Origin: the human T2T-CHM13v2.0 reference genome, Homo sapiens
NCBI RefSeq assembly: GCF_009914755.1
Contig: NC_060942.1
Length of the DNA: 64,000 nucleotides
Strand: one strand, 5' to 3'
The number at the start of each line of letters is the position of its first letter. Positions within the stretch are counted from its first letter, which is position 1. A program made the translations under genes and the position numbers. The notes beneath the pieces were generated by a model that saw only the letters and a program-made list of their open reading frames with translations, ran no database searches and was not told where the DNA came from. Positions 63,834 to 64,000 of this stretch are shown one piece after another.

Positions 63834-64000
63834 TTTATTTCAATAGTTTTTGGGAAACAAGTGGTTTCTGGTTACATGGAAAAGTTATTTGGTGGTGATT
63901 TTCTGAGATTTTGGTGTATGCACTACTCGAGTCATGTACACTGTACCCAATGTGTAGTCTTTCATCCCTCATCCCCCTAACCTTCCCTCCGAGTCCCCAG
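63834..64000 (-). mobile_element. L1 3' end (L1PB/L1MA-type), running off the window
   Basis: tttatttcaatagtttttggg...ggttacatg...gtggtgattttctgagattttggtg...tgtacactgtacccaatgtgtagtc matches the reverse complement of an L1PB-type 3' UTR. Confidence 0.85.

Overview
Primate (probably human) pericentromeric segmental-duplication DNA; I see no intact protein-coding gene. Bases 1 to ~51,050 are a macrosatellite built from a rearranged ERVL-MaLR retroelement (MST-type LTR plus internal sequence). It has 16 monomers of ~3.1-3.5 kb in six types (A-F), ordered ABCDEF / A(B:C hybrid)DEF / ABCDE*, i.e. a ~19.5 kb higher-order repeat (HOR). Monomer C carries a solo LTR6-like (HERV-T/S71) insertion in all three HOR copies. 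The array ends in a ~0.9 kb satellite with a 14-15 bp unit (HSAT5/SN5-like). Next come a 260-bp-arm inverted repeat and three decayed TBC-domain exons (TBC1D3/USP6/TBC1D26 family), followed on the same strand and in compatible splice phase by two decayed CYP4F exons. The rest is old MIR/L2/LTR/Alu repeats and a ZNF114-like pseudogene exon cut by an L1. Family names come from my recall of consensus and protein sequences, not from a database search, and all counts are by eye. MaLR-derived tandem arrays beside CYP4F pseudogenes have, as I recall, been described before, so the array itself is probably not new. The most promising leads are the DUX-type motif plus hairpin architecture of the monomer and the in-phase TBC-CYP4F exon juxtaposition.
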